A stretch of DNA of 10,598 nucleotides. Source: Pseudomonadota bacterium (lineage in GTDB: Bacteria; Bdellovibrionota_B; Oligoflexia; Oligoflexales; RGVZ01). The position numbers and the translations under genes are program-made. Below the pieces are notes generated by a model, which saw only the letters and a list, made by a program, of their open reading frames with translations, made no database searches and was not told the origin of the DNA. Positions 7,948 through 10,598 of the stretch are shown one piece after another; positions within the stretch are counted from its first letter, which is position 1, and each line of letters begins with the position of its first letter. Location: positions 1-10,598 of the forward strand of contig JBEGVZ010000035.1 in assembly GCA_041178085.1 (NCBI GenBank). The letters run 5' to 3'.

Positions 7948-7984
7948 AATTAATACAGGTATCAGATACTTGCCGTTCCGTCCA

Positions 7985-8019
7985 CGTGGACAACCCTTGT
8001 GCAAATCCGTTGTGGAAAA
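7985..8019 (-). promoter_or_regulatory. Three co-oriented DnaA-box-like 9-mers at 13-bp period
   Basis: Reverse complements: TTGTCCACG (7985-7993), ATTTGCACA (7998-8006), TTTTCCACA (8011-8019; exact match to TTWTNCACA). Confidence 0.5.
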
Positions 8020-8038
8020 CGGACCGCTGTCATACCAT
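8010..8038 (+). promoter_or_regulatory. Putative sigma70-like promoter for glyQS-pfp
   Basis: TTGTGG (8010-8015)-N17-TACCAT (8033-8038), about 55 nt upstream of the ATG at 8093. Confidence 0.4.
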
Positions 8039-8092
8039 GCGGGGCAGCTTGGTACCACTACCAAAAACACCTCATGGCAGGCAGTGACACTG

Positions 8093-9619
8093 ATGGAATC
8101 CCTCGATTTGATGACCAAAATCGTCTCCCTGTGCAAGCGCCGGGGCTTCATCTTCCAGAGCAGCGAGATCTACGGGGGACTCAAATCTTGCTACGACTAC
8201 GGCCCCCTGGGCGTTGAACTGAAGCGCAACATCGCCGCCGAATGGTGGCGCAGCATGGTCTACCAGCGCGAAGACATCGTCGGGATCGACGCCTCGATCA
8301 TGATGCACCCCCAGGTCTGGAAAACATCCGGCCACCTGTCTGGATTCTCGGACCCGCTGGTCGATTGCTTGAACTGCAAGGAGCGCTTCCGCGCGGACAA
8401 GGCACCCAAGAGCGCCCCGGGTACCGCTGTGACCTTCAAAAAAGGCGGCAAGGCCAGTGGCGAGGCCATCACGGGGACGGTCGACGCCCGCGGTTACGTC
8501 TGTCCAGTTTGCGGCAGCTGCCAGCTCAGCGACGAACGCCAGTTCAACCTGATGTTCCGCACGTCGATGGGACCTGTGGATCCCTTGAACGACTTCGTGC
8601 GCGACGCCTACGGCGCCGATGGCAAACTGAAGGAGCTGTCGCGGGAGGAGTTCCGTTCCAAACTCGAAGAAGCCGTGCGCAGCACCGCCGTTTACTTGCG
8701 CCCCGAGACTGCCCAGGCGATGTTCGTTCAATTCTTGAACGTCCAGCAAAGCCAGTCGATGAAAGTCCCCTTCGGCATCGCTCAGATGGGCAAATCGTTC
8801 CGCAACGAAATCGTCACTGAGCACTTCATTTTCCGCAGCTGCGAATTCGAACAGATGGAAATGGAGTTTTTTGTCGAGCCAGGTTCCCAGGAAGAATGGC
8901 TAAAATACTGGTGCGACGAGCGCATGAAGTGGTACCTCAAATACGCGAACAACAAAGCAGGATTCCGCCTGCGCCGCCACGAAGGCGACGAGCTGGCACA
9001 CTACAGCGACGACTGCTTCGACGTCGAATACATGTACCCCTGGGGATGGGGTGAGCTTGAAGGGATTGCCTCGCGCACAGATTACGATCTTTCGCGGCAT
9101 GCTGAGGCCTCGGGAGTAAAGCTCAGCTACTTTGACCAGCAGAAGGTCGACCCGGCCACCGGCAAGACCGGATGGCGTTACACGCCTTACGTGATCGAGC
9201 CTGCGGCGGGCCTCACCCGCTCCGTCCTGTGCTTCCTTCTGGATGCCTACGCCGAGGAAAAAGGTGTCGACCATGAAGGCAAGGAGAAAGTCCGCGTCTT
9301 GCTCAAACTTCATCCGCGATTGGCTCCCATCAAGGCCGCCGTGTTGCCTTTGGTCAAGAAAGATGGCCAGCCGGAAAAGGCTCGGGCCGTCGTCCGCGAG
9401 TTCCAGCGACTGGGCATCAACGTCAGCTACGACGAACAGCAGTCAATCGGGAAGCGATACGCCAAGCATGACGAGATTGGCACGCCGTTCTGCATCACCA
9501 TCGACAACGAAACCATTTCGGGTGACACGGTCACGATCCGCGACCGGGACTCTGCAACTCAAGTACGCGTCCCGACCAACCGCGCGGTCGAAATTGTGAA
9601 GGAACGACTTGAATCTTGA
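8093..9619 (+). CDS. glyQS: Glycyl-tRNA synthetase, homodimeric alpha2 (class IIa) type
   Basis: [133 protein letters not shown]. Start at 8093 or 8111. Confidence 0.98.
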   Translation: MESLDLMTKIVSLCKRRGFIFQSSEIYGGLKSCYDYGPLGVELKRNIAAEWWRSMVYQREDIVGIDASIMMHPQVWKTSGHLSGFSDPLVDCLNCKERFRADKAPKSAPGTAVTFKKGGKASGEAITGTVDARGYVCPVCGSCQLSDERQFNLMFRTSMGPVDPLNDFVRDAYGADGKLKELSREEFRSKLEEAVRSTAVYLRPETAQAMFVQFLNVQQSQSMKVPFGIAQMGKSFRNEIVTEHFIFRSCEFEQMEMEFFVEPGSQEEWLKYWCDERMKWYLKYANNKAGFRLRRHEGDELAHYSDDCFDVEYMYPWGWGELEGIASRTDYDLSRHAEASGVKLSYFDQQKVDPATGKTGWRYTPYVIEPAAGLTRSVLCFLLDAYAEEKGVDHEGKEKVRVLLKLHPRLAPIKAAVLPLVKKDGQPEKARAVVREFQRLGINVSYDEQQSIGKRYAKHDEIGTPFCITIDNETISGDTVTIRDRDSATQVRVPTNRAVEIVKERLES

Positions 9620-9640
9620 GATTCGCGAGGGAGTGGCGAC

Positions 9641-10598
9641 GTGACAATGTCGGAATTCAGCAAGGCGCGCAGCCTGTACAATCCCGCTGCACCAGCTGTA
9701 CTTCAGCGGCTCACTGATGTTGAACTGAAACCATCATTGACGACGAGCAACGACCATGACCGTGGCAAGGATGCCCCGGGCATCGCGGCCATGTTTCCCC
9801 GGACTGGCCAGCAGCCATTGCTCCAACTCTCAGGCCGCGGCAGGGGAAATGCCGCGCGCCCACTTAAAGTTGGTGTGGTTTTCTCTGGCGGGCAAGCTCC
9901 GGGCGGTCACAATGTCGTCGCGGGTTTGTTTCATGGTTTGCGCCAGATTTCCCCCGAGGCCCAGCTCACCGGCTTCACTGGCGGTCCGTCCGGGATCCTG
10001 AAAGACCAGTTTACAGTTCTGACCACCGATCTGGTCGACCACAACCGTAACACCGGCGGCTTTGACTTGCTCGGCACTGGCCGGACGAAACTCGAATCTG
10101 AACGCGATTTCGAAACTTGCGCAAATGTGTTTTCGCGGCATGACCTGGACGCATTCGTCATCATTGGCGGAGACGATTCCAACACCAACGCCGCCTTCCT
10201 TGCAGAATACCTGCTGAACGCCGGTCACAAGACCCGCGTTATCGGCGTCCCCAAGACGATCGACAGTGATTTGCGCGGTCCCTACACCGAAACCTCTTTT
10301 GGTTTCGACACGGCTGTCCGCGTCTATTCTGAACTGGTCGCAAATATCGCCAAAGACGCCGCAAGCGGCGGCAAGTACTGGCACTTCATAAGGCTGATGG
10401 GCCGGAGTGCAAGCCACATCACTTTGGAGTCTGCCCTGCAGACTCATCCGAACATTGTCTTGATCTCTGAAGAGGTTGCCCGCGCGGGCAAGACCACAAG
10501 ACAAATCGTTCAAGAACTGGCAACCGTGATCGCTGCGCGCGCTGCAGCCGGAAAAAATCATGGCGTGGTGCTGGTGCCGGAAGGCTTGATCGAATTCG
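9641..10598 (+). CDS. pfp: Pyrophosphate-dependent phosphofructokinase (long clade), 3'-truncated by the window edge
   Basis: My translation from GTG 9641 / ATG 9647 (SD GAGGGAG at 9627-9633): MSEFSKARSLYNP...KVGVVFSGGQAPGGHNV...RNTGGFDLLGTGRTKLE...IIGGDDSNTNAAFLAEY...IGVPKTIDSDL...SFGFDTA...KYWHFIRLMGRSASHITLE. The GGDD and PKTID motifs mark PPi specificity. Confidence 0.96.
   Translation, partial: MTMSEFSKARSLYNPAAPAVLQRLTDVELKPSLTTSNDHDRGKDAPGIAAMFPRTGQQPLLQLSGRGRGNAARPLKVGVVFSGGQAPGGHNVVAGLFHGLRQISPEAQLTGFTGGPSGILKDQFTVLTTDLVDHNRNTGGFDLLGTGRTKLESERDFETCANVFSRHDLDAFVIIGGDDSNTNAAFLAEYLLNAGHKTRVIGVPKTIDSDLRGPYTETSFGFDTAVRVYSELVANIAKDAASGGKYWHFIRLMGRSASHITLESALQTHPNIVLISEEVARAGKTTRQIVQELATVIAARAAAGKNHGVVLVPEGLIEF

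Noticed and set aside
6536..7953. 353-aa plus-strand ORF 6556..7617 and other ORFs overlapping ahcY
   Set aside because: Antisense or alternate-frame mirrors of a strongly codon-biased conserved gene.
7940..8040. Chromosomal origin (oriC)
   Set aside because: Only three boxes, a very short AT-rich patch, and no dnaA, dnaN, gidA or parAB in the window; kept only as a regulatory cluster.
7970..8092. T-box or glycine riboswitch upstream of glyQS; overlapping long N-terminal extensions of ahcY and glyQS
   Set aside because: No T-box motif (AAGGTGGTACCGCG-like), terminator or glycine aptamer seen, and the leader is too short. The extensions overlap each other and lack homology.
7999..10561. Alternate-frame and antisense ORFs over glyQS and pfp (7999..8217, 8072..8824, 8242..8820, 8900..9313, 9243..9599, 9830..10561)
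   Set aside because: Shadows of conserved housekeeping genes; no frameshift is needed to explain either gene.
1..10598. CRISPR arrays, IS/prophage genes, tRNA/rRNA genes, defence or toxin systems
   Set aside because: No regularly spaced repeats, transposase/integrase/nuclease motifs or RNA-gene signatures seen; nearly all the sequence is explained by the listed CDSs.

Overview
A GC-rich bacterial chromosomal segment made mostly of housekeeping genes. Two predicted lipoproteins suggest surface or periplasmic functions; a Bdellovibrionota/Myxococcota-like host is a guess only. Left to right: 5' part of hisS (minus strand, runs off the left edge, absent from the ORF track); a ~100-aa hypothetical ORF overlapping the hisS start; a ~580-aa orphan lipoprotein with apparent A-A-B-B internal repeats (minus); a compact divergent promoter with a TTTGACA-N5-TGTCAAA palindrome; a GT4 glycosyltransferase; proC; a ~226-aa orphan lipoprotein; a bidirectional terminator; ahcY (minus, short insert-less type); a divergent intergenic region with three DnaA-box-like 9-mers at 13-bp spacing and a GC-rich hairpin; alpha2-type glycyl-tRNA synthetase with an unusual insertion; and the 5' part of a long-clade PPi-dependent phosphofructokinase (runs off the right edge, absent from the ORF track). 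I saw no mobile element, CRISPR array, rRNA/tRNA gene or clear multi-gene novel system. The best leads are the two orphan lipoproteins and the two divergent control regions.
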